Source of the DNA: Felis catus
Lineage: Eukaryota
Direction of reading: 5' to 3'
Length of the DNA: 64,000 bases
Assembly (NCBI RefSeq): GCF_018350175.1
Contig: NC_058368.1
Location: 184,886,001 to 184,950,000, forward strand
Made by a program: the position numbers and the translations under genes. Below the pieces are notes generated by a model that did no database searches, was not told where the DNA came from, and saw only the letters and a list, made by a program, of their open reading frames with translations. Positions 1-10,434 of the stretch are shown piece after piece. Positions within the stretch are counted from its first letter, which is position 1, and each line of letters begins with the position of its first letter.

Positions 1-204
1 GTCACGATTCCAAGACCAAGAGTCATATACTCTACTGACTGAGCCAGACAGGTACCCCTGTAACATCCTTTTTATATATCCAGATCATTCTTGAAGTATC
101 CAACAACAGATTTAATATTAATTGTATTATCATACAGCATTTAGCCCTGTGCAATGGAAATTCAAATACTGTTTGGTAAAATCAAATTAAATTATAATCT
201 CACA

Positions 205-421
205 GGGGCGCCTGGGTGGCTCAGTCGGTTAGGCGGCTGACTTCGGCTCAGGTCATGATCTCGCGGTCCGTGAGTTCGAGCCCCGCGTCGGGCTCTGTGC
301 TGACTGCTCAGAGCCTGGAGCCTGTTTCAGATTCTGTGTCTCCCTCTCTCTCTGACCCTCCCCTGTTCATGCTGTCTCTCTATCTCAAAAATAAATAAAC
401 GTTAAAAAAAATTAAAAAAAA
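205..421 (+). mobile_element. CanSINE (felid SINEC-type), full length, young
   Basis: GGGGCGCCTGGGTGGCTCAG head, CT-rich body, A tail; perfect TSD AAATTATAATCTCACA (189-204 / 422-437); CpGs intact. Confidence 0.95.
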
Positions 422-1794
422 AAATTATAATCTCACAAATGGAAAACAAAGAATCTAGTGTCCTTTCAGGAAGCTGGCATTATTAACTTAAGGACACTGA
501 TTGGGACATTGGGTAAAGGATGAAAATTATTGGCTTTGTTTTTAGATCAACACTGTTAAGATGCCCTGCTGACTCTTAATCATCTCCTAAGAACTGCTCT
601 TGGAAGGAATAGAACTTTTGTTTCTCAATTTTAAAGCTTAGCCTTGGCATTCTGTAATAAGAGGTCCACAGGACTTCAAAGAATTCTAGGTCTTTTCAAC
701 TAAAAAACAGTCCGAATACAATAGGAATCATGACTAACAACAGCATCACCTTTTCTAGGTGAATGCAGGCAATATTAATAACCAAAAATAAAATGGTTAG
801 TTTGGTGCTTCATTTATATTAAATGATGGATAAATTCATCTAAGATAGTTTTGTTCCTGTTGAAGCTAATCAACTTTCCCAAATACATATGGCAAAGAAT
901 AGCCATTCAAGTGAGCCAGGACATCACAAAATCTGTTATGGAGGCATTAAGCTAAAGAAAACAGAGTGTTCAGTTCATAAAGTGGGTCAGGAAGAGATTC
1001 ATGATCCAAGCCTATAAAAATCAATACAAGTAAGGTGTTCCATTTTAAGATAGTGGATGGAAGACACGTATCAAATTTTGTTTCCTCCCAAAATCCCAGT
1101 GAAAGAAATTTTTGAACAAAAGTCAAGATAGCAAGGACAGAGAGAACAAGGAAGCAGACAACAGTAAAAAAATTTTGGAAGCTAGAAGGCAAAGAGGACT
1201 AATAGCTAACAATTTAACCAACCCCCCAAAACTGAATTATAGCCAATGGCTGGGAGAGCTAAGAACCAACATAATTTACTCTAAAAATCCTCAAAGTCTC
1301 AGGACCAGATAAATAACTCTGAATTCTAGGTGAGAGGGAAGGGGAAGAGTAAAGAGAAGTGGGTTAAATTAGATTCCCTGATCCCCAGATTAATGGACTT
1401 CTATTCTACAGAGACTGGACTGGAAGGGTGTGAGATGGGCAGGGTGAGGATGGAGGAACTGCACTGAAAAGGGGAGGATTAAGTGAATTTATGAAGGCTC
1501 AATGCTAATCACAGGAACTCTGAACTGTGAGGGAACTCACATCATCTAGCAAGGAACCCAAAACTGCTTAACCTGTATCTTGAGACTAGATCTCTACTGG
1601 ATGAATTGCACAATCTTAAGAAAGCCTGTTATATGTAAGGTAAACTTGGTTCTATCAAAGGCCCTCAACAATGACTAATTATGGAATCTCTAAGATCTAA
1701 TTAACGTAGTAGAACAGGATGGTGTGAGTGAATTCCTGGGTAGTTACGAGTGCCACCACCAGCCCCCAAGGCTAGCTTCCCTTATAGCTTTTAA

Positions 1795-1972
1795 AGTACA
1801 GTGCTATAAATATATTTTCCTCATTATTTACAAAACATTTTGTTCACTCTAGTTTACTGTATTTTAAGAATCCAGTATACAAAACATGTAACATACATGT
1901 TTGTAACATACATGTTTGTATTTGTAACATACAAAATACATATTAATCGGCTGTGTAATCAATAAGGCTTCC
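1795..1972 (+). mobile_element. Tigger2-like DNA transposon internal fragment with a 16-bp tandem duplication (TGTAACATACATGTTT)
   Basis: Similar to the internal part of the element at 17709-18288. Confidence 0.6.
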
Positions 1973-2170
1973 AGAGACATCTGGGTGGCTTAGTTGGTTA
2001 AGTGCCCAATTCTTGATTTTGGCTCAGGTCATGATCTCGGTTGAGATCAAGCCCTGAAAGGGGCTCTGCACTGGCAGTGCAGAGCCTACTTGGGACTCTC
2101 TTTCTTGCTCTTGCTCTCTCAATAAATAAACATTAAAAAAAACAAAAACAACAACAACAACAACAAAAAA
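1973..2170 (+). mobile_element. CanSINE
   Basis: Degenerate SINE head, CT body, A/CAA tail. Confidence 0.85.
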
Positions 2171-2199
2171 CAGAAAATAAGTTTTGGGAAAAAAAAAAA

Positions 2200-3660
2200 G
2201 ACAGAAATTGGAAGTCTTGTGCACTATTGATGGGAATGTAAAATGACACAGCCACCATGGAAAACAGTATGACAGCTCCTCAAAAAACTGAAAAACAGAA
2301 TTACCATATGATCTAGCAATTCCACTTCTCAGTATGTACTCAAAAGAAGTGAAAGCGTGGTCTTGAAGCAACACAGGATATCCACGTTCACTGCAGCATT
2401 ATTCATAACAGCCAAGAGTTGGAAGCATCCATGGATAAATAAACAAAATGTGGCATATACATTACATTGGGGTATTATTCAACCTTAAAAATAAAAGAAA
2501 TTCTGACACATCACAACATGGCTGAATGTGGGGGATAAGCTTAAGAATCCCCTGGGCTTACACCAATGGGTTGACAAGGCATAAAGAAATACAAAGTCAT
2601 AAAATGCTCACACCCGAGTTTGGGTAAACCAGATTGGCATCCCAAGAATAGGGAGGTGCAAAGGTGCCAGGATTAGGGAGGTGCAAAGGCACCCAAAATA
2701 GGGAGGGGGTGCAGAGCCCCCAAAAGACAGAGGGAGAGGCAAAGGCCTGAAATAGAAATGGTACAAAGGTGCCCATTACACAGGTATAGGAAATAAACAA
2801 GATTAGATGTTCAGGGTGGAAACACCCCCAATTTAGTACTGTAACAGAAAAGTTCCTTTCACAGTAGCATAGGGGCAGGTTAGGTAAATTGGTGAATTAA
2901 ACTATGGACTGGACCACTGCGCTGCAGGCAAAGCAGCCCAGAGCGGAGATGGTTAACAAAAGAAAAAGTGCTTTGTCAACCCTGAGGTTATATCCCCTAT
3001 CTGTCTCATCCCCGGCTAGCTAAGATAAACAGAGGTGCTACCTCATGTCTGCTGTGAACAACCTTCCTCCCGACTGCCCAGCACCCAGATTTTGTTTTGT
3101 ATTAACCCAAACCCCTAACCACAAATATCCTTAAGATCCCCTTTCCCTCACATCCACAAGTTAATATTCACAGATTCATTATCCCTTTGTGCACGTCCAT
3201 CGCCATGTTTGTAAGCCTTCTGATCCTAATAAAAACGGGGCAAGGACCCTTATTCAGGGCTCATGTCTTTTCCTGGACATTAGCCATCTCTCGCTTTAAT
3301 CCTGAGTCCATTCTTCTGCTGGCCAAAAGAGAACTTAGACTTAGAGTCTATGGCAGATGAACCTTGAGGACATTAGGCCAAGTGAAAGAAGTTGGTCACA
3401 AAAAGACAAATACTGCATGGTTCCACTTATATGAAGTACCTAGAATAGTCTAGTTCATAAAGAGAGAAAGTAGAATGGTGGTTGCCAGGGCCACGGGGAA
3501 AAGGAAACAGGAAGTTGTTTAATGGACATAATTTCAGTTTTACAAGATGGAAAAGTTCTATAACTTTGTTGGTGAATATACCTCACTACTGAACTGTACA
3601 CTTCAGAATGGTTAAGATGGCAAATTTTGTGTTATGTGTATTTTTACAATTAAAAAAAAG
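2200..3660 (+). mobile_element. Old L1 (L1MA/MB-type) 3' end, split by a solo LTR
   Basis: Typical L1 3' sequence (CCATATGATCTAGCAATTCCACTTCT ... CAACATGG/ATGAACCTTGAGGACATT ... TACAATTAAAAA). Confidence 0.85.
2527..3355 (+). mobile_element. ERV solo LTR (829 bp), family not identified
   Basis: TG...CA termini; 6-bp TSD GCTGAA/GATGAA; cleanly interrupts an L1; internal ~25-nt repeats. Orientation inferred from TAATAAAAA near 3227. Confidence 0.8.
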
Positions 3661-3707
3661 TTTTTTTAAGTGAGTATAATGGTTAACTCTGGAGGGAGAG
3701 GTGGCAC

Positions 3708-4200
3708 TGTAGTGGTTAATTCTGTGACAATTTGTCTAGGCCACAAAGTGCCCAGAGCAAACGTTATTCTAGGTGTTTCTGGGAGGGTGTTTTATTTTAT
3801 TTATTTATTTGGTGCAAAAAGGTGATTTTATTAAAGCAGGGGGACAAGACCCATGGGCAGAAAGAGCTGCCTATGAGGGTGTTTTAGAGGAGATTAATAT
3901 TTAAATCAGTGGACAGTGAGTAAAGCAGACTGCCCTCCATCATGTGTGTGGGCCTCAATTCAAGTGACCAGCAGACAGCCTTCACACTCTATCTGCAGTA
4001 TCAGCTCTTCCTGGTACTATAACAGACTGCCTTTGGACTCAAACTGAAAGATTGACTCTTCTGGATTCCAGCCTGCCAGTCCACCCTACCAATTTTGAAT
4101 TTGCCAGCCTTCATAATCGTAGAGTCCATTCATTATCATAAATTCTCTCAACGTATGTACACACCTTATTGTTTCTGTTTCTCTGGAGAACCCTAATACA
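3708..4200 (+). mobile_element. MLT2-type (ERVL) LTR
   Basis: TGTAGTGGTTAATT start, GAGTAAAGCAGACTGCCCTCC core, TCTGTTTCTCTGGAGAACCCTAATACA end. Confidence 0.85.
3794..3870 (-). mobile_element. Short polyadenylated retrocopy inserted in the MLT2 LTR
   Basis: AATAAA 16 nt before an A-rich tail; flanked by a TSD with core GAGGGTGTTTT. Confidence 0.75.
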
Positions 4201-4222
4201 TGTAGAATAGGAGAAAGGCATA

Positions 4223-4661
4223 CAGTACTTTCCCTTATCCATGTGGGATATGTTCCAAGACCTTCCAGTGGATTTCTGTAACAGTGGACAGTACTGAATC
4301 CTATATAGTTTTTCCTATACATACATACTTATGATAAAGTTTCATTTATAAATAAGCAACGTAAAAGATTAACAATAGCTAATAACAGAACTATAATATA
4401 CTGTAAAATAAGTTATGTGAATGTGGTTTCTCTCTCAAAATGTTGTACGGTACTCACCCTTCTTCTTGTGATGATAGATGAGAAAATGCCTATGTGATGA
4501 GATGAAGTGAGGTGAATGACGTAGGCATTGGGAAGTAACATTAAGCTACTACTGTCCTTCTGACCATACGTCAGAAGGAGAATCATCTGCTTCTGGATCG
4601 CGGTTGACTGCAGGTAACTGAAACCACAGAAAGCGAAACTGCAGATAAGGGGGGACTACTG
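4223..4661 (-). mobile_element. MER44/Tigger7-type DNA transposon (MITE)
   Basis: Imperfect TIRs CAGTA(C/G)T..CCCTTATC; TA on both sides. Confidence 0.85.
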
Positions 4662-5313
4662 TATAAGAGACTTGCTAAGGGATCCGTAATGTTCTATTTC
4701 TTAACCTGGGTTGTTGTATATGGTATTTATCATTATTCTTTAAACTGCATACACATTTTAAGCACTTTTGTATGTATGTCTTATCACAATTTAGAACAAT
4801 TTAACTTAAATTCTAAGATTGGGATGAAACCAATCTATTTACCAAAGTTCATATCTAGGTTTCTTAACCCTTCAAATTTTTAAATAAATAACCTGGGCCT
4901 GCTAAGCCCATCTGTACCTGGAGATGATCTTAACTTAAATTGGTTTAGCTGACTTAAGTGGATCATGTGTGATGGGTCTATAATGAATCACTAACAGTAA
5001 TGAAGAATGCTTTGAGTTTGACACTTTTAAAGATGATTATCCCTCATGCTGCTGAGAGATGTCATCAAACTAGACAGACAACAGTGCCATTTCAGACTTT
5101 TTCCATCATCCATCCTTGTCCTCTAGTTCCTCTAGAATACTTCCAAAGGCCAAAACCCTCATCACCCTTTCAACTATCCAATAACTTAGTATGTACTAAG
5201 CACATAAAGCCTGATGGAGAGAATAAAAAATTATTCCCAGACCATCAACATGCCCAAGTGTTTAACTTATCCTGGGTAAGTTTTAGCATCTCACATTAAA
5301 ACATTCTATAACC

Positions 5314-5624
5314 AGGACGCCTGGCTGGCTCAGTCACAAGAGCATATGACTCTTAATCTTGGAGTTGTGAATTCAAGTCCCATATTGGGTACAGAGATTA
5401 CTTAACAAACTTACTTTAAAAACAAAAAACATTTTGAAACCCTATACCAAGTTTACATTTCAAAGGCTGCTTTTTTTAAGTTCTTTAACTGGGGGAAAAT
5501 TAAAATTATTCAATATGTTGTATGTTTGTCAAAAATCAGAATGAAGATGGGATCCATGGAAAGCAAAACAATTGTGGCAATGAGCTGAGCAATTTCATGG
5601 CCATCTTTTGATACTAAGCCAATT

Positions 5625-5655
<31 letters not shown>

Positions 5656-6148
5656 GCCCACCCCACAACAATTTTTAAAAAGTGGGACAGGGGCAGCACC
5701 TGGCTGGCTCAGTTGGTAGAACATGAACTCTTCATCTCAGGGTCATGTATGCAAGCCCCACGTTGGGTATGGAGCCTACTTTAAGTAAAAAAACTTCAAA
5801 ATAAGTCAACTGAAAATACAGGAATTTTAACTTATCCAATTTCCAGAGACATAATTAAGTACATATAAATTCAAGTATTTTGCATTTGTGTGGCAAAATA
5901 CAGAACTTCAGAAGCTGTTACACTAAACAGGGTACAAGAATAATTTATCTTATTTAACATCTTTCAGGGGCACCTGGGTGGCTCAGTCAGTTAAACATCC
6001 ACTCTTGGATCTCGGTTCAGGTCATGGTCCCAAGGTTTCTGAGACTGAGCCCCACAGCAGGCTCTGGGCTGATAGCACATATGAGCCTGCTTGGGATTCT
6101 CTCTGTCTCTCGTGCCACCCCAAAAATAAATAAACTAAAAAAAAAAAT
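5314..6148 (+). mobile_element. Three CanSINEs (about 5314-5430, 5690-5790, 5967-6148)
   Basis: CCTGG(C/G)TGGCTCAG heads with A tails. Confidence 0.85.
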
Positions 6149-6784
6149 CTTTTAAAATGTATTTCCAAAATACTAAGCATATGCTCACTGTATAAATTTG
6201 GAAAATATAAAAAATCACTAAGAAAAAACTACTCGTAATCCTACTTCTGGAGGGAAACTCCTATGTCTTATGTCAGAAAGTGCAGCTGACAGAGTGTCTA
6301 AGCATAGGTTCCTCCACACACTCCCAAGCTCTTCCCCCAGGGACTTGGTTGAGTCCACTGCTGCTTTTACTAATTATCTGTGCTCTAGGCATTTCCACAA
6401 CAGACCTGTGAAACAGGTGGTATTATTCCCACTTAACTCTAAAAAGAAACTGGAACTCAAAGGAAAAATAACTTGACAGGAGCAAGTGTTAGAACCACAT
6501 TGAAATCCAGATTTGAAGGTTCCTCTTCATCTACATTAATACTGCCCTCAAGCCAGAAAATTCCCTCTTGACTAACCTCCACAACTGAATTAAATCTGGC
6601 TTATTTACTACTAAGTATGATTTGGTTTTCAAAGAGATAATTTAATTTAGACTCCAACAGTAATTTCTCCTAAAGGTTTTACTGGACAGTTGGATGTTTC
6701 CTATTTCCACTTTTCTTCATACACTCAGATCCATTTCAAGCTCTTTTCCTATTTTGATAATGAATTTTTTCTGAATGTATTCTT

Positions 6785-6995
6785 TTTTTCAACGTTTTTT
6801 ATTTATTTTTGGGACAGAAAGAGACAGAGCATGAATGGGGGAGGGGCAGAGAGAGAGGGAGACACAGAATCGGAAGCAGGCTCCAGGCTTTGAGCCATCA
6901 GCCCAGAGCCTGATGCGGGGCTCGAACTCACGGACCGTGAGATCGTGACCTGGCTGAAGTCGGACGCTTAACCAACTGCGCCACCCAGGCGCCCC
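6785..6995 (-). mobile_element. CanSINE, young subfamily
   Basis: Perfect 15-bp TSD TCTGAATGTATTCTT; diagnostic GGCGCAG, CAGCCAGG and GGGCTGATGG variants. Confidence 0.95.
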
Positions 6996-7435
6996 TCTGA
7001 ATGTATTCTTATTCCACAGACTGATATATCCGGTACCTGCAGAATATACCTGTGGGTTTACAGGTCTGTGGACATATAGTAGAAAAGAAGGTCTCACAAA
7101 CTTAAGTGCTTTATACACTGGGCTCACTGAAGGCATGCTCTAAAATTCTGACAACCTATAGCACATCATCAAGAAACAGATTAAATAAATTCTGGTTCAT
7201 TCACTGATAGAGTGGAATATATATGGCTATGGAAGAATACCTAGTTCCTTCTTTGGTGCTCTGCATGTACGTGGTACTTCTGTGGCTGTTGATGCAGTGC
7301 CTCATCAGCTGGGGGAGGGACGGGGTGACCTCAAACAGGCCATGGCCTAGAGTTCAGGCATGCTCAACTGGCTCATGGAGGTCTATGATGAGGGTAGCAG
7401 AAGAACTTGGTGTGATCAGAATTGTTCTAATCAAA

Positions 7436-7644
7436 AAATTTGTTTTTTTTTAAGTTTATTTATGTATTTGGATAAAGGGAGAGAGAGAGAGAGGAGAGAG
7501 AGAGGAGAGAGATAGAGAATCCCAGGCAGGCTTGGTGCTGCCACCACAGAGAGCGATGCAGGGCTTGAACTCACAAACTGCGAGATCACGACCCTGAGCT
7601 GAAATCAAGAGTTGGACGCTCAATCGAGCCACCCAGGCACCCCC
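7436..7644 (-). mobile_element. CanSINE
   Basis: Reverse-complement SINE body and tail. Confidence 0.9.
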
Positions 7645-8270
7645 AGAAGAATGGTTTTTATAGGTGACTTGAGCCAATTAGTAAGCATATTAAGAACAGT
7701 GGAGCTAGGTTTCTGTCAGAGAATGGAGCTACAAACACAGGAAAAAAAAAGAAAGCTAAAATAAACCCTGTGGGGCAATATTGGCATTGGAAGTATCAAT
7801 GTGAATTTACAGTTTCTTATACGGAGAGATGTCAGAAGTCAAGATCATGAAGAGAAAACAACACTGAGGAACTGTTCCAGGTTGAAGCTGAAAAACGGTA
7901 AGAAATATGAGTTATCGTAGACTGCATAGACTTATAAAGGACATTACTGGGAACAACTTATGTGAACAGGGTCTGTGGACTGGGTAATAATGTATCCATA
8001 TTAATTTCTTGATTTTGAAGGTTACATTATGGGGTTAAGTAGAAGAGCATTCTGATTTTTAGAAATTATACACTGACGTTTAGATACTAAGTGGATGATT
8101 AAAAGGCATGTCTGCAACTTACTCTTAAATGGTTCAGGAAAAAACCATACTCTGTTAAGAGAAAGAAAAAATGATAGGATAAATGTGGCTAAATGTTGAT
8201 AATTGGGAAATATGAAGGGGGATACAGACTTTCTTTGTGCTATTCTGGCAACTTTTCCTTAAGACTGAAA
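7645..8270 (+). mobile_element. Ancient L1 (L1MC/MD/ME-type) 3'UTR fragments
   Basis: Degenerate motifs such as AAACCCTGTGG and TCTGCAACTTACTCTTAAATGGTTCAG. Confidence 0.6.
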
Positions 8271-9499
8271 TTTCAGGGGAACTGGTTGGCTCATGTGGCA
8301 GGGGCATGGAACTCTTGATCTCAGGGCTGTGAGTTTCAGCCCTACGTCGGTAAAGATTGCTTAAAAGTAAAATCTTAGAAAAAAAAAAAAGATCAAAATT
8401 TCACAGTGAATTGTAAAAAAAACAAAAACAAAACCAAATATAGACATTCTTTATAATATAGAATAAAGACATATTAATTTTTTTTAATTTAGTACAGAAA
8501 AATGTGTATTAGCTACTATTTGTAAGAAGGGACAATTACATACACCTATGTACACACACATAGGTAGTGAGTGTATTCTTACAGATACAGAGTGTCTGCA
8601 GAAACATACAAGGATCTGACCTACATTGGTTTCTGCCACAGATGGAAAGTCAGTAGCTAAAGAAAAATGAGAAAGGTTTTTTACTCTGAAACTTTTCAAT
8701 TTCGTACTTTGTAAAAGTAACAAAAAAAATGCTTTAATTAGGTGGGTGTTTAAATTTAAGTGCCAGGCTGGCTACTTTAGAAGCATCCAGGGAAATTTTA
8801 AAACTAGATTAGCAGGCCTCAATTCCAGAAATTCTATTTCAGTGGCTCCAGGTTAGGGGTCAGATATCTCTAAAATTTCCTAATTTGAAAATATAACATG
8901 GTTTGGGAATTGGTGCTTTAACCAAATTACCCAAACCAGATTCTCTCTAAACTAAAACTCTAGGTAATTAGGAACTTAGAAACAAATACTTTTTGTCCAA
9001 TGAAGGATACGATCATAACCTAGGGAAAGGATATTCTAGAAGCGAAATCAGAAAATCTAAACCAGGGTTTGCACTGACTCTTGAGTTGAAGTCAAGGCAT
9101 TTACAAGTCACTCCACCATTCTGAATCCTTATTAAGGACCAAAAATATCCTTGAGGCTAAGGTCACCTGAATACTACTTAGTATAGATAATACATTCAAA
9201 TACTCTGTACTCCTCAGAAGGAACATTCTATGTAAATATGTAGCAAGATTACATAGTTATGTTTAGTTAAAAAAACAATCAGTTGGCAAAAGTAGATACA
9301 GTATCTGTAACATTCTGCATCTCAAGTGGTGAGTTCACCAGTGTTCATTATTGGTTTATAAACTTCGATAGTAACTATATTTTCTTATCTGCATCAAATT
9401 TTACACGAGAACGTAATTTTTAAAAAATGCAAGCAACAAAATAACAATGAGTGTAGATGTGCGGTCCTTACATTTAAAAAGTAAATAAAAGAAAACTAA

Positions 9500-10263
9500 G
9501 CATTACCATGCCAGCAGTACATGTTTATTATTATTCGTGAATGGCCCCGAAGACTTTCAAGGCCCATGTTTATTAGTATAACCACAGATATGAAATATCA
9601 CTTAGTGACATGGAGTGAAAAGGACAGTTTTACACATATTAAAAAAATACATACACATTCACACATAGTCTCTCTGTCAAGTGCTCACCATACACTGCTA
9701 CAAAAGCAGGAGGCATCAAGCTGCAGGAGTTCCAATTACACATAACTTGTTGAAACATCTCAAGCTTAAAAACTGCACTTAGGTTGCAAAAATAAAGTTT
9801 CTTTCTTCAAACATTTTGATCAGAGCTCAAGCAATGCAAATAATGAACACCAATGATTTTCATACTACTTAACACACTTTAAAACATAAAAGGGTCGACA
9901 GTTGCAAAAGTCCTGAAAATGTAGAGGTTATAGGAATGAACAATGCATTTCATCCAAGAAAAAGTCTACAGTAGATCCGTCTCATCCTGGCTCGTAAATA
10001 TTTAAGAATCATAATTTACTATACTCAAAGTTAAGCCAGAATAAACAAAATGATAAACAGAAAAATCATTACTTCAAATGAGGCATTATTGCCCTTAGTT
10101 TCTTTAGACAATTTCACTAGTGCAAGAGCATCATTTACCTGAAAGATCATGAGTCACAATTAAAGAGCACTCATACAAAACTATTTCCTTTTTTCTTTAA
10201 AAAGTGCCACATACTGTACTTCTCAATTAAAAAAAAAAAAAAAAAAAGCAAACTGCACATACA
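9500..10263 (-). other. MAT2B: MAT2B 3'UTR (3' end approximate)
   Basis: Repeat-free AU-rich sequence between the stop codon and two AATAAA signals; U19 tract just after the stop. Confidence 0.8.
9524..9574 (-). terminator. MAT2B: MAT2B polyadenylation signals (AATAAA at 9574-9569 and 9529-9524)
   Basis: Two canonical hexamers followed on the minus strand by a U-rich downstream element (about 9475-9496). Confidence 0.75.
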
Positions 10264-10434
10264 CTAATGAAAGACCGTTTGTCTCCATCTCTTGTCAATG
10301 AGGAAAGGCCAGAGTGATTCTTTGATTCCAATTCGAAATGGTGTTCGCTGGCCAATGCCCAAGGTCTCTAATTTGGAGCAGTCAAGCTGAGCATTTCTTG
10401 GACGTTGTGCTCCTAAGACAGGACTGTCAGTTAT
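10264..10434 (-). CDS. MAT2B: MAT2B exon 7 coding part ([19 protein letters not shown]...QTVFH*)
   Basis: aag|ATA acceptor after a pyrimidine tract; TAG stop at 10266-10264. Confidence 0.97.

Noticed and set aside
205..285. tRNA-like A and B boxes
   Set aside because: These are the tRNA-derived SINE head; no cloverleaf tRNA gene was seen in the window.
2641..2771. Spaced ~25-nt repeats as a possible CRISPR-like array
   Set aside because: The units are contiguous and degenerate with no unique spacers, lie inside an LTR, and the genome is mammalian.
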